From Marispirochaeta sp. (lineage in GTDB: Bacteria > Spirochaetota > Spirochaetia > JC444 > Marispirochaetaceae), in assembly GCA_963676835.2 (NCBI GenBank), contig CAXXFF010000002.1, forward strand, positions 109,344 to 173,343: a stretch of 64,000 nt of DNA, given 5' to 3'. Shown piece by piece: positions 8,587 to 18,505 of this stretch. Numbering within the stretch: the stretch's first letter is position 1; each line of letters begins with the position of its first letter. Made by a program: the position numbers and the translations under genes. The notes beneath the pieces are model-generated. The model was not told the DNA's origin and did no database searches. It worked only from the letters and a program-made list of their open reading frames with translations.

Positions 8587-9582
8587 ATGACAGACGCACT
8601 GGCTTTGCATAAAGAAGCAATTCTCATAGACGGCCTGAATATCTGTAACTGGGACCGGGAAATTTTTGAAGAGTATCGGGAAGGCGGCGTAACAGCCGTC
8701 TCATGTACAGCAGCAGTATGGGAAAACTTCCAGGACGGTATGCTGGAAGTATCAAAGTGGCTCCAATGGTTTGAGGAGTTCTCCGACCTGATCATGCCGG
8801 TTCACAGCATAGCCGATATTCTGGAAGCAAAGAAACAGAATAAAACCGGCATTATCCTTAACTGGCAGAATACATCTCCCCTGGAGGACCGCCTGCAGTT
8901 TCTCCCGCTCTTTAAAAAACTTGGTGTCGGCATTATGCAGCTGACCTATAACACCCAGAATTATGCAGGGTCCGGATATCTGGAATCCACCGATTCCGGC
9001 CTCAGTGACTGGGGAAAAGAGCTTGTGGATGCCATGAACGAATGGGGTGTTGTGTGCGACTTGTCCCACGTTGGAGACAAAACTTCGGCAGATGTTATTG
9101 AATATTCAAAAAAACCGGTGGCCTATACCCATGTCCTGCCCCGGGGACTGCTGGACCGCCCGCGGAATAAACCTGACGAGCTTATGAAAGCAGTTGCGGA
9201 GAAAGGCGGCATAGTAGGCTTCTCCCTCTTTGCGCCGGGAATGAAAAACGGCAATGATTCCACCATTGTCGATGTAGTGGAGGCAATATGCTACATGGTC
9301 GATCTCCTTGGTGAGGATCATGTAACCGTAGGAACCGACTTCAGCCTCAAACATCCCAGGCCCGGTGAATTCCTTGAATGGTGCAACAAGGACAAGGGGG
9401 ATGCCCGTTTCCTCACCCAGTTCGGCTCCAAGCCGGTGAAAAAGCCCAAGGGCATTGAGCGAATCCGGGAATTCCCGAATCTGACCGAAGCTCTTCTGAA
9501 ACAGGGCTTCACCGCTGAACGTATAAAGAAGATTTATGGTGAAAACTGGATGCGGCTGCTGCAGGCAGTCTGGGAAGAATAA
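8587..9582 (+). CDS. Membrane dipeptidase (peptidase family M19)
   Basis: HKEAILIDGLN, MQLTYNTQNYAGSG, CDLSHVGDKT, VTVGTDF. GGAG lies 8 nt upstream of the ATG at 8587. Confidence 0.85.
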   Translation: MTDALALHKEAILIDGLNICNWDREIFEEYREGGVTAVSCTAAVWENFQDGMLEVSKWLQWFEEFSDLIMPVHSIADILEAKKQNKTGIILNWQNTSPLEDRLQFLPLFKKLGVGIMQLTYNTQNYAGSGYLESTDSGLSDWGKELVDAMNEWGVVCDLSHVGDKTSADVIEYSKKPVAYTHVLPRGLLDRPRNKPDELMKAVAEKGGIVGFSLFAPGMKNGNDSTIVDVVEAICYMVDLLGEDHVTVGTDFSLKHPRPGEFLEWCNKDKGDARFLTQFGSKPVKKPKGIERIREFPNLTEALLKQGFTAERIKKIYGENWMRLLQAVWEE

Positions 9583-9670
9583 AAACGGGTAAAATCTAAA
9601 ACATTCTCAATCCGGAGAATCATATAAGCTATACAGGTAATATCCCGGCCTTTTATTGTTGCGGATACAG

Positions 9671-11140
9671 TCAGGTTCCGCAGAAGGTGCGGTATGGTGT
9701 ATTTGAAGGTTCAGGCGGCTTAAAGTATTCCTCCTGCTCAGCAGAGTGCTTATAGGGCCGGGAGAGAGCATCCAGAAACCGGTTCATTACATTGTAATCT
9801 CCCTTCTCAGCTGCTTTCAGGGCCTCTTCGACCCGGTGATTCCGGGGAATCAGGGCCGGATTGCTCCTCTTCATCAAATCAAAGGAGGAGCTTTCAGACT
9901 CTTCCTGCCCGCTCAATCTGGCCCGCCAGTTTTCATACCAGGCATCGAATTCTGAAATCCCGGACATTGCAATCTCATCAGGTCTGTTAAACGTCAGGGC
10001 CAGAAAGGTATTGGTATAGTCAGCCTTATTTGTTTCCATCAGGCTTAACAGATCCTGAATAAGCTCTGCATCGCCATGCTCTTCGTTAAATAATCCCAGC
10101 TTTGCCCGCATTCCCGCCAGCCACTGCTCCCGGTATATCAGATAAAAACCTTCCAGCACATTTTGTGCAGCTTCTACAGCCTTTTCCTCATTGTCACTTA
10201 TCAGAGGCAGCAGGGTCTCGGCAAATCTTGCCAGATTCCAGACAGCCATGTGCGGCTGGTTACCAAAGGCGTATCGGCCGGAATTATCAATGGAACTGAA
10301 AACTGTTGCCTCGTCATAGGTATCCAGAAAGGCACAGGGACCATAGTCTATGGTTTCTCCGCAGATAGACATATTATCCGTGTTCATAACACCGTGGATA
10401 AATCCCGCGAGCTGCCATTTGGCAATCAGTTCAGCCTGGCGCCTTACTACCTCTTTCAACAGAAACAAATAACGGTTGCCAACAGAATCATTTACCGGGA
10501 AATGCCGCTGCAGGACATAGTCGGCTAAAATTCTGACATCCTCACCACTTCCCCACTGGGCAGCATACTGAAATGTTCCGACCCTCAAATGACTTGAAGC
10601 GGTCCGGGTCAGAATTGCTCCGGTTTCATAACCCTGGCGAAATACTTTTTCACCTGTTGTTACAACAGCCAGACTCCGGGTGGTGGGAATACCCAATGCA
10701 TGCATGGCCTCGCTGATGATATATTCCCTGAGCATGGGACCAAGAACCGCCTTTCCGTCTCCCCCCCGGGAATAGGGAGTCCTGCCGGAACCCTTAAGCT
10801 GTATATCAAAGCGTTTTCCCTTCGGGGTGATCTGCTCTCCAAGCAGCAGCGCCCTTCCGTCTCCCAGCATGGTAAAATGACCAAACTGATGGCCTGCGTA
10901 GGCCTGGGCAAGGGGGTCTGCTCCTTCAGGAAAAACAGCTGCAGACAGCATTCCTGCCCACTCGTCAGCATGCAGAGCCTCTAAATTCAGACCCAGAGAC
11001 CCAGCCAGAGAATGATTTACCACAACCAGCTCCGGTGATGGTACCGCCGAATGTCCGATCCTTGAATAAAACATTTCAGGGAGGTCCGTATAGCTGTTGT
11101 CGAACTTCCATCCTGTTATTGTTGTTTGTGCTGCTGTCAT
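9671..11140 (-). CDS. selO: SelO/YdiU protein adenylyltransferase (UPF0061)
   Basis: [73 protein letters not shown]. Confidence 0.9.
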   Translation of the reverse strand: MTAAQTTITGWKFDNSYTDLPEMFYSRIGHSAVPSPELVVVNHSLAGSLGLNLEALHADEWAGMLSAAVFPEGADPLAQAYAGHQFGHFTMLGDGRALLLGEQITPKGKRFDIQLKGSGRTPYSRGGDGKAVLGPMLREYIISEAMHALGIPTTRSLAVVTTGEKVFRQGYETGAILTRTASSHLRVGTFQYAAQWGSGEDVRILADYVLQRHFPVNDSVGNRYLFLLKEVVRRQAELIAKWQLAGFIHGVMNTDNMSICGETIDYGPCAFLDTYDEATVFSSIDNSGRYAFGNQPHMAVWNLARFAETLLPLISDNEEKAVEAAQNVLEGFYLIYREQWLAGMRAKLGLFNEEHGDAELIQDLLSLMETNKADYTNTFLALTFNRPDEIAMSGISEFDAWYENWRARLSGQEESESSSFDLMKRSNPALIPRNHRVEEALKAAEKGDYNVMNRFLDALSRPYKHSAEQEEYFKPPEPSNTPYRTFCGT

Positions 11141-11200
11141 GAAAATCTTAATCTCTGCCCTCTGATCATATATCGCTTACCTGCGGATAATGCACTTCTA

Positions 11201-12205
11201 TCAATGGACAATCGCCAGGGGATCTGGTTTCATCAGCAGCTTCGCATACTGGGCCCGTTTGTATGCCCAGTGATCAGATCCATTCTTCCGGCTCATACTG
11301 CCCCGGAAGTTTTCCAGAGAGGAATACCCTTTACCATCCATCCAGGAGCTGAGATCATTAAGGATCTTCCCTACCTGGGAGATTTTATTTCTGTACAGGG
11401 TGCTCACCACCTGAACAGCATCAGCACCGGCAAGAATCATCCTGGCGACATCCTGACCATCCATAATTCCGCTGGAAGTACTGATACTTGCAGTAGTCTC
11501 TCCGTACAGCAGACCTGCATACCGGAGGGGCAGAAGACTGTCCCCTGGCTGGCTTAAGGTGAGAGGCAAGGTGGTTTGCTCTTTTACGGGATCGATGTCG
11601 GGAAGAAAGAATTTGTTAAAGAGTACCAGCCCTTTAGCCCCCGCTTCCGCGAAAGATTTTGCAGCTGACAAAGGTGCGGTATAGAACATACTCATTTTGA
11701 TGGAGACAGGAATCTTCACGCTCTTTACCACTTCCTTCACGACCGCAATCTGGTCCTTTTCAATGGAAGCGCCTGCGTCAGCCTGGAGTTCGGGATTGGC
11801 AAAAAAGTTCAATTCCAGACCATCTACACCAGTCTCTGCAAGCTTTCCAGCCCATTCGACCCAGGTATCTCGATTCACCGCATTCAGGCTGGCAATGACC
11901 GGAATATCACAGGCCTCCTTTGCTTTACGGACCCACATAAGGTGTTCATCCGGTCCGGCATGCTCAATATCGGGGAAGACAGTTGTCATTTCTGCATGTA
12001 TATCGTCGTACTGATGTTTCGCCTCGTCAAACCTGGCTATTTCCAGCTGAATCTGCTCTTCGAACAGACTCTTGATTACCAGAGCCCCGGCACCGGAGTC
12101 TTCAATTTTCCGGATAGAATCCATATTGGATGTAAGTTCAGACGCGCCTGCAATTACAGGATTTTTCAGCTCAATACCCATATATTGTGTTTTCAAATCG
12201 GCCAT
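11201..12205 (-). CDS. Dihydroorotate dehydrogenase-like protein (class 1 DHOD/DPD fold, function uncertain)
   Basis: GIELKNPVIAGAS, DGLELNF, and a TIM-barrel flavoprotein pattern through the C-terminal SGIMDGQDV. Confidence 0.75.
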   Translation of the reverse strand: MADLKTQYMGIELKNPVIAGASELTSNMDSIRKIEDSGAGALVIKSLFEEQIQLEIARFDEAKHQYDDIHAEMTTVFPDIEHAGPDEHLMWVRKAKEACDIPVIASLNAVNRDTWVEWAGKLAETGVDGLELNFFANPELQADAGASIEKDQIAVVKEVVKSVKIPVSIKMSMFYTAPLSAAKSFAEAGAKGLVLFNKFFLPDIDPVKEQTTLPLTLSQPGDSLLPLRYAGLLYGETTASISTSSGIMDGQDVARMILAGADAVQVVSTLYRNKISQVGKILNDLSSWMDGKGYSSLENFRGSMSRKNGSDHWAYKRAQYAKLLMKPDPLAIVH

Positions 12206-12334
12206 TCAAGTACCTCCTGTTTACATACATTACTGTAAAGGTAATAAATAGAAGGCTGCAGGACAAACTAGTTTTATCCGGAGCCGGGAAAACAAGGCAT
12301 CGCAGTTCATACTGAAAAATGTTCCAAACAAACA

Positions 12335-12373
12335 GGGGTGCAAGTTAGAGTTGACATCTCTAACTTGCACCCC
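12335..12373. repeat. Perfect 16-bp inverted repeat with 7-nt loop
   Basis: GGGGTGCAAGTTAGAG ttgacat CTCTAACTTGCACCCC, read directly. It sits at the 5' truncation point of the DUF4143 remnant. Confidence 0.95.
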
Positions 12374-12951
12374 ATATATGCGCGGGAAGGACAGGGCAGC
12401 TCCTTAACCTCTCCAATCTGGCCGATGATGTTGGCATCAGTTACAAGACAGCAGGTCATTGGATCTCACTGCTGGAAACAAGTTTTATTGTATTCAGGGT
12501 TCCCCCCTATCATGCAAATATAAACAAGAGATTGATCAAATCAGCGAAACTCTATTTTTATGACACCGGCCTGGCCGCTCATCTGCTGGGTATTGAGGAG
12601 TCTAGACAGATTCCAACACACCCTTTAAGGGGAGCACTTTTTGAAAATATGGTTATTGCAGAAGCGATGAAATATCGCTACAACCGGGGAAAACGGGAAA
12701 ACCTCTTGTTCTTCCGCGATGCCAAAGGGCATGAGGTTGATCTCCTGTTAACATCCGCCAATGATCTGTCGGCAGTGGAAATTAAGGCAGCCCAGACTTT
12801 TAAAAACGAGTTCTTCAAAGGATTGGAATATTTCAATACCTACATCAAAAAATGCACCCACTCACTGGTAGTCTATAACGGTGAACGTAACGAAAAACGT
12901 ACAAAAGGAACCGTAACCGATATTCATCACATGTTTGATTGGCTGGAATAA
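12364..12951 (+). pseudogene. 5'-truncated AAA_14/DUF4143 ATPase remnant (C-terminal half only)
   Basis: The frame is open from 12364 with no ATG: ..AGRTGQLLNLSNLADDVGISYKTAGHWISLLETSFIVFRVPPYHANINKRLIKSAKLYFYDTGL.. then HEVDLLLTSANDLSAVEIKAAQ (D..ExK). The Walker A/B half is absent, and an in-frame TAA lies at 12361-12363 inside the palindrome. Confidence 0.8.
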
Positions 12952-12985
12952 TTCACCACCCCTGATAATGAGGCAAGTCCTTCGC

Positions 12986-13462
12986 TTACTCCCGCCAGAC
13001 AAATTTCTGCACCTCCGGACTACTTCCCGGGTTCTCAAAAGCCTTCTCCGGGATAAACGATGGATACACCGTCAGCTCCGAAATCTCATCCCGGGAAAAC
13101 CAGCGAAAAGAGAGTTCCAGTTCTCCATCCCGGCCGGACCACTGCTCTTTCCTTAACAGGGAGGAATCCTCCGGCAGGCTGCAGCGGTAGTAGAAGCAGA
13201 TTTCGTGACAGGGTTTATCCGCCCAGGGATAAAAGTTCTCAACCAGCCAGAGAAGGCCCCCGGGGATCACCTCCTCACCTGTCTCCTCCCGCATCTCCCG
13301 TACCAGGGTATCTTCACTGGCTTCACCGAACTCTATACGGCCTCCGGGAAGAGACCAGAAACTGTCCCGGTTTGAGGTATGCAGTAAGAGCTTATTCCCG
13401 TTAAACAGAACAGCTGCCACCCTGCAGTTGAAGAGGCCTTCTGTATGCGGAAATGTCAGCAC
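12986..13462 (-). CDS. NUDIX hydrolase
   Basis: Nudix box GGRIEFGEASEDTLVREMREETGEEV. Confidence 0.85.
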   Translation of the reverse strand: MLTFPHTEGLFNCRVAAVLFNGNKLLLHTSNRDSFWSLPGGRIEFGEASEDTLVREMREETGEEVIPGGLLWLVENFYPWADKPCHEICFYYRCSLPEDSSLLRKEQWSGRDGELELSFRWFSRDEISELTVYPSFIPEKAFENPGSSPEVQKFVWRE

Positions 13463-13474
13463 CCTGTTCTTTCC

Positions 13475-13840
13475 TCACCCTTCCCGGTTTACCCGGTCCG
13501 GGGAAAAGGCGGGCACACAGACAGAGACATACTCCGTCTCCTCATCGAAGGGATTGGAGTACTGAACGGTGGTTCCTGCATGAACCTTTATGGACTGCCC
13601 CCCGGTGAGAACAATGGATTCGCCGTTGATCATTATCTCTTTGCGTCCCCGTATTACCAGGGTATATTCATCGAATTCCGGGGTCTGAGGCGGTTCGCTC
13701 CATCCGGGAGGTGCCACCATGCGGGCAATGCTCACAGAATCCTCACTGGTGGAAGCCATACCGAAATGCTCCTCAATGAGCTTTCCGTCAGTGGTAGGTA
13801 CGATAAACGGATCAACCTGCTTTACATATGCCTTTTTCAT
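13475..13840 (-). CDS. Cupin-domain protein
   Basis: 121 aa, small beta-barrel pattern (HFGMASTS..ARMVAPPGW..YTLVIRGRKEIMINGE..VHAGTTVQYSNP). Confidence 0.65.
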   Translation of the reverse strand: MKKAYVKQVDPFIVPTTDGKLIEEHFGMASTSEDSVSIARMVAPPGWSEPPQTPEFDEYTLVIRGRKEIMINGESIVLTGGQSIKVHAGTTVQYSNPFDEETEYVSVCVPAFSPDRVNREG

Positions 13841-13935
13841 ACTTCCTCCTCTCTGAAGTGGGGGAAAGCCCTTTGACTTAACCCGGAAAACACTGGTACT
13901 CTTGGCGCAGAATCATCTTTTTAAGGACCCTGTTC

Positions 13936-15159
13936 ATGGCCACCATTCGAAGCTTTAAGGCCCTTCGGCCGCAACCGGACCTGGCAAAAAAAATTGCCAG
14001 TGTTCCCTATGATGTAGTCAACACAGAAGAGGCCAGAGAACTGGCGAAGGGAAACGAATTGAGTTTCCTCCACGTTGTACGCCCCGACATAGACCTTCCT
14101 GACACTATAGACCCCTACGATTCAGCTGTCTACGAGAAAGCAGCGGAGAACTTCAACCGCCTCAAAGAGTCAGGGAGCCTGGTAGAGGAAGATTCTCCCT
14201 CGCTGTATATCTATCGCCTGACCATGGACGGACGCAGTCAGATCGGAATTGCCGGCTGCTGCATGGTTGATGAATATAATGACGATACAATAAAGAAACA
14301 TGAGTTTACCCGTAAGGCCAAAGAGGACGACCGGGTCCGCCATATGCTGACCCTTAATGCCCATGCAGGACCGGTGCTGCTCACCTATCGGAGAACCGAA
14401 GCTCTGGCGCAGCTGCTGGAAAAAGAGATCAAAGAGACTCCCCTCTTTGATTTCACCGCCGTTGACGGTGTTCAGCATACCATCTGGCGCTGCACCGACG
14501 CGGCAGCCATGGAAACAGCCTTCAAGGAAGTTCCGTCCCTCTACATTGCCGATGGACACCACCGTGCAGCAGGTGCGAGCCGGGTAAAGGCTCACATGGT
14601 GGAAAAGAACGGCTCTGCCTCAGGCGATGAGGAGTTCACCAGCTTTCTTACGGTAGTATTCCCCTCGGACCAGCTCTCTATTTTTGCCTATAATAAATAT
14701 ATCGCCGACACCAACGGCCTGAGCACTGAAGATCTTCTCAAATCCCTGGAACCGGAATTTGAGATTGCAGAAACCACACAGAAAGATCCGGCGTCCAAGG
14801 GGAGCTTCAACATGTACCTTGCAGGCCAGTGGTACTCCCTGAAGATAAAAAACCCTGCCATAGATCCAAATGATCCGGTTACAACTCTTGACCTGGTGCA
14901 GTTCCAGATCAAGCTTCTTGAGCCGGTGCTCAATATTATGGATCAGCGCAAATCAGACAGGATTGATTTTGAAGGCGGCATTGGTTCCAGTAAAAAACTG
15001 CAGGCCCGGGTCGACAGTAAAGGCGGGATTGCCTTCACTTTTTATCCCGTAAGCGTGGAAGAGCTTATGCAGGTTTCGGACGCGGGAATGGTTATGCCTC
15101 CCAAGTCAACCTGGTTTGCCCCTAAGCTCCGGTCCGGACTGCTTGTCCACCAGTTTTAG
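13936..15159 (+). CDS. DUF1015 family protein
   Basis: MATIRSFKALRPQPDLAKKIASVPYDVV, IADGHHRAAGA, FAPKLRSGLL. Confidence 0.85.
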   Translation: MATIRSFKALRPQPDLAKKIASVPYDVVNTEEARELAKGNELSFLHVVRPDIDLPDTIDPYDSAVYEKAAENFNRLKESGSLVEEDSPSLYIYRLTMDGRSQIGIAGCCMVDEYNDDTIKKHEFTRKAKEDDRVRHMLTLNAHAGPVLLTYRRTEALAQLLEKEIKETPLFDFTAVDGVQHTIWRCTDAAAMETAFKEVPSLYIADGHHRAAGASRVKAHMVEKNGSASGDEEFTSFLTVVFPSDQLSIFAYNKYIADTNGLSTEDLLKSLEPEFEIAETTQKDPASKGSFNMYLAGQWYSLKIKNPAIDPNDPVTTLDLVQFQIKLLEPVLNIMDQRKSDRIDFEGGIGSSKKLQARVDSKGGIAFTFYPVSVEELMQVSDAGMVMPPKSTWFAPKLRSGLLVHQF

Positions 15160-15185
15160 ATTTACCCGATTACAGGAGGAAGATA

Positions 15186-16268
15186 ATGAGAAAATTCAAC
15201 TTTTATGCAGGTCCGTCAACTCTTCCCCTTGAGGTTCTGGAAGAACTGAAAGAGGAAATCGCCGATTATCACGGAGAAGGGCTCTCCATGATAGAAACCA
15301 GCCACCGCAGCCCCATGTACGATTCGGTACACTCGGAAACTGTGGAGATGTTCCACAAGCTTTTGGGCATTCCATCAAACTATAAGGTTCTTTTTATCGG
15401 CGGCGGCGCTTCCATGCAGTTCGGCATGATTCCCATGAACCTGATGAAACCGGGAAAAACCGCGGAATATGTAAACTCCGGCGCCTGGGCTGGTAAAGCT
15501 GTTAAGGATGCACAAAAGGTAGGCGATGTACGGGTAGTCTGGGACGGAAAAGATTCCAGCTACATGACACTGCCTGAAGCTTCTTCCATAAAACCCGGCA
15601 GTGATGCTGCCTATCTGCACATTACCAGCAACGAGACCATCGGCGGCGTTCAGTGGAAAGCTTTCCCCAAAACCGGCGATGTCCCCCTGGTTGCGGATAT
15701 GTCCTCAGATATTTTAAGCAGACCGGTTCCCGTAGAGGATTTCGGCCTGATCTATGCCGGTGCCCAGAAAAACATCGGCCCCGCCGGAGTTACGGTGGTT
15801 ATCATCCGTGAGGATATTGCAGCGGCATCTCCGGAGAAGCTTCCGGCATATCTCCGCTACAAAACCCATGCGGACAAAAACTCTCTCTACAATACACCCC
15901 CGGTATTCTCCATCTATGCGGTACACAAGGTACTGAAGTGGCTGGAATCCAAAGGCGGTGTTGAAGGCATCGAAAAAATCAACAAGGACAAAGCTGCTGC
16001 CATCTACAACAGCATCAATGCCTTTCCCGAGTTCTTCTCCTGCCCGGTAGATGAAAACTATCGCTCCCACATGAATGTGGTATTCCGGCTGCCTTCGGAA
16101 GATCTTGAGAAACAGTTTGTTTCCGAAGCAAAAGGCGAAGGTATGCTGGGACTGAAGGGACACCGGGATGTTGGTGGCTGTCGTGCCTCTATTTACAACG
16201 CCCTGCCTCTTGAGGGAGCGAAGGCCCTTGCGTCGTTTATGAAGAACTTTGCTAAAAAGAACGGATAA
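15186..16268 (+). CDS. serC: Phosphoserine aminotransferase
   Basis: FNFYAGPSTLPLEVLEE, SHRSPMY, GAQKNIGPAGVTVVIIRED, GHRDVGGCRASIYNA. Confidence 0.92.
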   Translation: MRKFNFYAGPSTLPLEVLEELKEEIADYHGEGLSMIETSHRSPMYDSVHSETVEMFHKLLGIPSNYKVLFIGGGASMQFGMIPMNLMKPGKTAEYVNSGAWAGKAVKDAQKVGDVRVVWDGKDSSYMTLPEASSIKPGSDAAYLHITSNETIGGVQWKAFPKTGDVPLVADMSSDILSRPVPVEDFGLIYAGAQKNIGPAGVTVVIIREDIAAASPEKLPAYLRYKTHADKNSLYNTPPVFSIYAVHKVLKWLESKGGVEGIEKINKDKAAAIYNSINAFPEFFSCPVDENYRSHMNVVFRLPSEDLEKQFVSEAKGEGMLGLKGHRDVGGCRASIYNALPLEGAKALASFMKNFAKKNG

Positions 16269-16303
16269 ACAAGGGACGTATTCAGTTACATTTTAAACAC
16301 AAG

Positions 16304-16330
16304 CCTCCCGGTTCAGCGGGAGGTTTTTTT
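16304..16330 (+). terminator. Rho-independent terminator after serC (shared with the convergent gene)
   Basis: CCTCCCG gttcag CGGGAGG followed by T7. Confidence 0.8.
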
Positions 16331-16853
16331 ATGGCAAACTGTACCGCAAACCTGCAACAGGCATTATCCGCGGCCCTTTCCAGCCTGAATCCCGCTGCCA
16401 TTCCCACCAGGGTCCGGCACCGGTGATCAGGCTGTACTGGCCTGTTTTCCCACGATAACCCCAAACCAGGACAGCACCGGGGATTATTCCATGGAAGGGA
16501 TCATCAATAATCGGATCCCAATCCACATATTCTCCCTCAAAGTAGTTGAAGTAGCCCAGCAGAATACCGACTTCACCATCCAGCTGGAACCTCCGTTCAG
16601 CAGCCCTGAAGTGGTAGTATCCTGTCCCACTGTAGGTCATTGTAGCGATACCAAATGGGCTTGCTCCGAAACTGATCCGTCCTCCCAGAGTCTCATTAAA
16701 AGGCAGCGAGAGCCCTGCACGGATGCTGAGGATCTGATCAAAATCCAGCGAAAACCGTAAGGAGGTGTTGGTATTATCCCCAAAGGTATAGACAGAAACA
16801 GCGAAAAACAGAATGAGAACAAAAAACCGTAATAATGGTTTTACCGGTCCCAT
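16329..16853 (-). CDS. Hypothetical exported beta-rich protein
   Basis: N-terminal hydrophobic signal-like segment and a Gly/Tyr/Trp-rich beta-strand-like sequence. No motif recognised. Confidence 0.45.
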   Translation of the reverse strand: MGPVKPLLRFFVLILFFAVSVYTFGDNTNTSLRFSLDFDQILSIRAGLSLPFNETLGGRISFGASPFGIATMTYSGTGYYHFRAAERRFQLDGEVGILLGYFNYFEGEYVDWDPIIDDPFHGIIPGAVLVWGYRGKTGQYSLITGAGPWWEWQRDSGWKGPRIMPVAGLRYSLP

Positions 16854-16904
16854 ACTGTTAAATATACCCCGGTTTAGGGCAAAAAATGATTTGCAGCGAA
16901 TTAT

Positions 16905-18380
16905 TCAGAAGGAAATTTTTTCAGTATCCCTGCGCAGAACACGGGCAAGGAAAAACGGAAGCAGGGTCAGAATAAACAGGACAATAAATGCCAGTCTGAA
17001 ACCTCCTGCTATCTCCAGCATATCCTGCCTATCCACCTGAGCCAATGCACCGTCATATACTGCCGCCTTCAGCCGGGGAGAAAGAGTTATAGTAACCGCC
17101 ATCAGTGAGAGTGCAGTACTTAATACAATACCGATATTAAGCAGCATGGAGCGGATCCCGTTGGCCATGCCCCGGGTCTCCTTCGGAACGGTGAGCATGA
17201 TTGACTTTGTGTTCGGGGTCATCAGAAAACCGGTACCGAAGCCGACAAGAAACTGACCTGCCACTATCATCAGATAGGATGGCTCAAGATTCATATTTAA
17301 AGTGAGTATTAGCATTCCCAAGGAGGTCAGTACAAGTCCGAAGTTTACCAGATGCAGCGTCCGGTAAAACCGACATAAAAATCCTGCCAGAGGTGAGGCC
17401 AGAAGCATACCCAGGGTAATAGGCAGAACCCGAAGGCTTACGGTAAAGGTATTTTCCTTTGCAATAACCTGATAGAAAAACGCCACCAGAAGCACAACCG
17501 AAGACCGGGCAAGGGAATTGAGAAAAACCGTGGATGTGGCGAAAAGAAACTGCGGGTCCCGAAACAGGCCCAGATCAACAGTCGGAGCTGAAACCCGCTT
17601 CTCCCAGACAAGAAAAAGAGCAAAAAAGACGGCAAATAGAATAAAACCAATCAGAACCGACGGATCTGTCCAGCCTGCCGTTCCTGCCCTGGTCAAAGCA
17701 AAAAGAAGCCCCCCCAGACTGAGAAAAATGGCGATATTTCCAACATAATCTATTCTGTCTTCTGCAGCATGCCCGCGGGAAGGCTTGAGAACTATAAATC
17801 CGAGAAGAAAACTTATAATACACAGGGGCACATTAAACCAGAAAACCCAGCGCCACCCGAAATGATAGACAAAAAAACCGCCAACTACTGGCCCGAGAAG
17901 CAGCGATCCCGAACCGACAAGAACATTTATTCCCAGGGCTGTACCCAGATGTTTTTCCGGGAAAACATCCGTAATATACGGTGTGGTATTGGTAAGAATA
18001 AGGGCACCACCGACGGCCTGCACCACCCGGAGAGCAATAAGCAGCCAGACATGCTCTACACATCCCAGGACAAGACTGGCCGCAGTAAAAACAATAATCC
18101 CCGCCAGGTACAGCTTGCGTCTGCCGCAGATATCCGCCATTTTCCCGAAGATAAGAATGCAGATGGAATTTACCAGCATGTATGAAAGCAGGATCCACCC
18201 CGAAGCAAAGGGACTCGCATTAAAATGGTTTGTCAGTACCGGAAGAATGACATTCAGGCTGCCGATATTCAGATATACTGCAATAACAGTTATACTGGTT
18301 ACCAGAAGCAGCAGCCAGGGATAGCGGGAATCTTGCATATAACTCCGATGTACAAACCTGAGATCAGGCGGGATATACAA
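16905..18380 (-). CDS. MFS transporter, DHA2 (EmrB/QacA-like, about 14 TMS)
   Basis: 491 aa, with GKMADICGRRKLYLAGI and a repeated TM pattern. Confidence 0.85.
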   Translation of the reverse strand: MYIPPDLRFVHRSYMQDSRYPWLLLLVTSITVIAVYLNIGSLNVILPVLTNHFNASPFASGWILLSYMLVNSICILIFGKMADICGRRKLYLAGIIVFTAASLVLGCVEHVWLLIALRVVQAVGGALILTNTTPYITDVFPEKHLGTALGINVLVGSGSLLLGPVVGGFFVYHFGWRWVFWFNVPLCIISFLLGFIVLKPSRGHAAEDRIDYVGNIAIFLSLGGLLFALTRAGTAGWTDPSVLIGFILFAVFFALFLVWEKRVSAPTVDLGLFRDPQFLFATSTVFLNSLARSSVVLLVAFFYQVIAKENTFTVSLRVLPITLGMLLASPLAGFLCRFYRTLHLVNFGLVLTSLGMLILTLNMNLEPSYLMIVAGQFLVGFGTGFLMTPNTKSIMLTVPKETRGMANGIRSMLLNIGIVLSTALSLMAVTITLSPRLKAAVYDGALAQVDRQDMLEIAGGFRLAFIVLFILTLLPFFLARVLRRDTEKISF

Positions 18381-18437
18381 TCCTATACTTCATGGAGACA
18401 TTAGTAAACATGTGCTCGTTTTTTATGTGTCTGCTTT

Positions 18438-18451
18438 GTTGAGTACTCAAC
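18438..18451. promoter_or_regulatory. Perfect 14-bp palindrome GTTGAGTACTCAAC, operator-like, between the MFS gene and sua5
   Basis: Read directly, 58 nt upstream of the MFS start. TTGACG-N17-TATGGT follows at 18471-18499 on the + strand. Confidence 0.3.
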
Positions 18452-18505
18452 ATTATCTCCACATTACAGCTTGACGCGGACAACCCCCCGCCGTATGGTT
18501 AGGAT

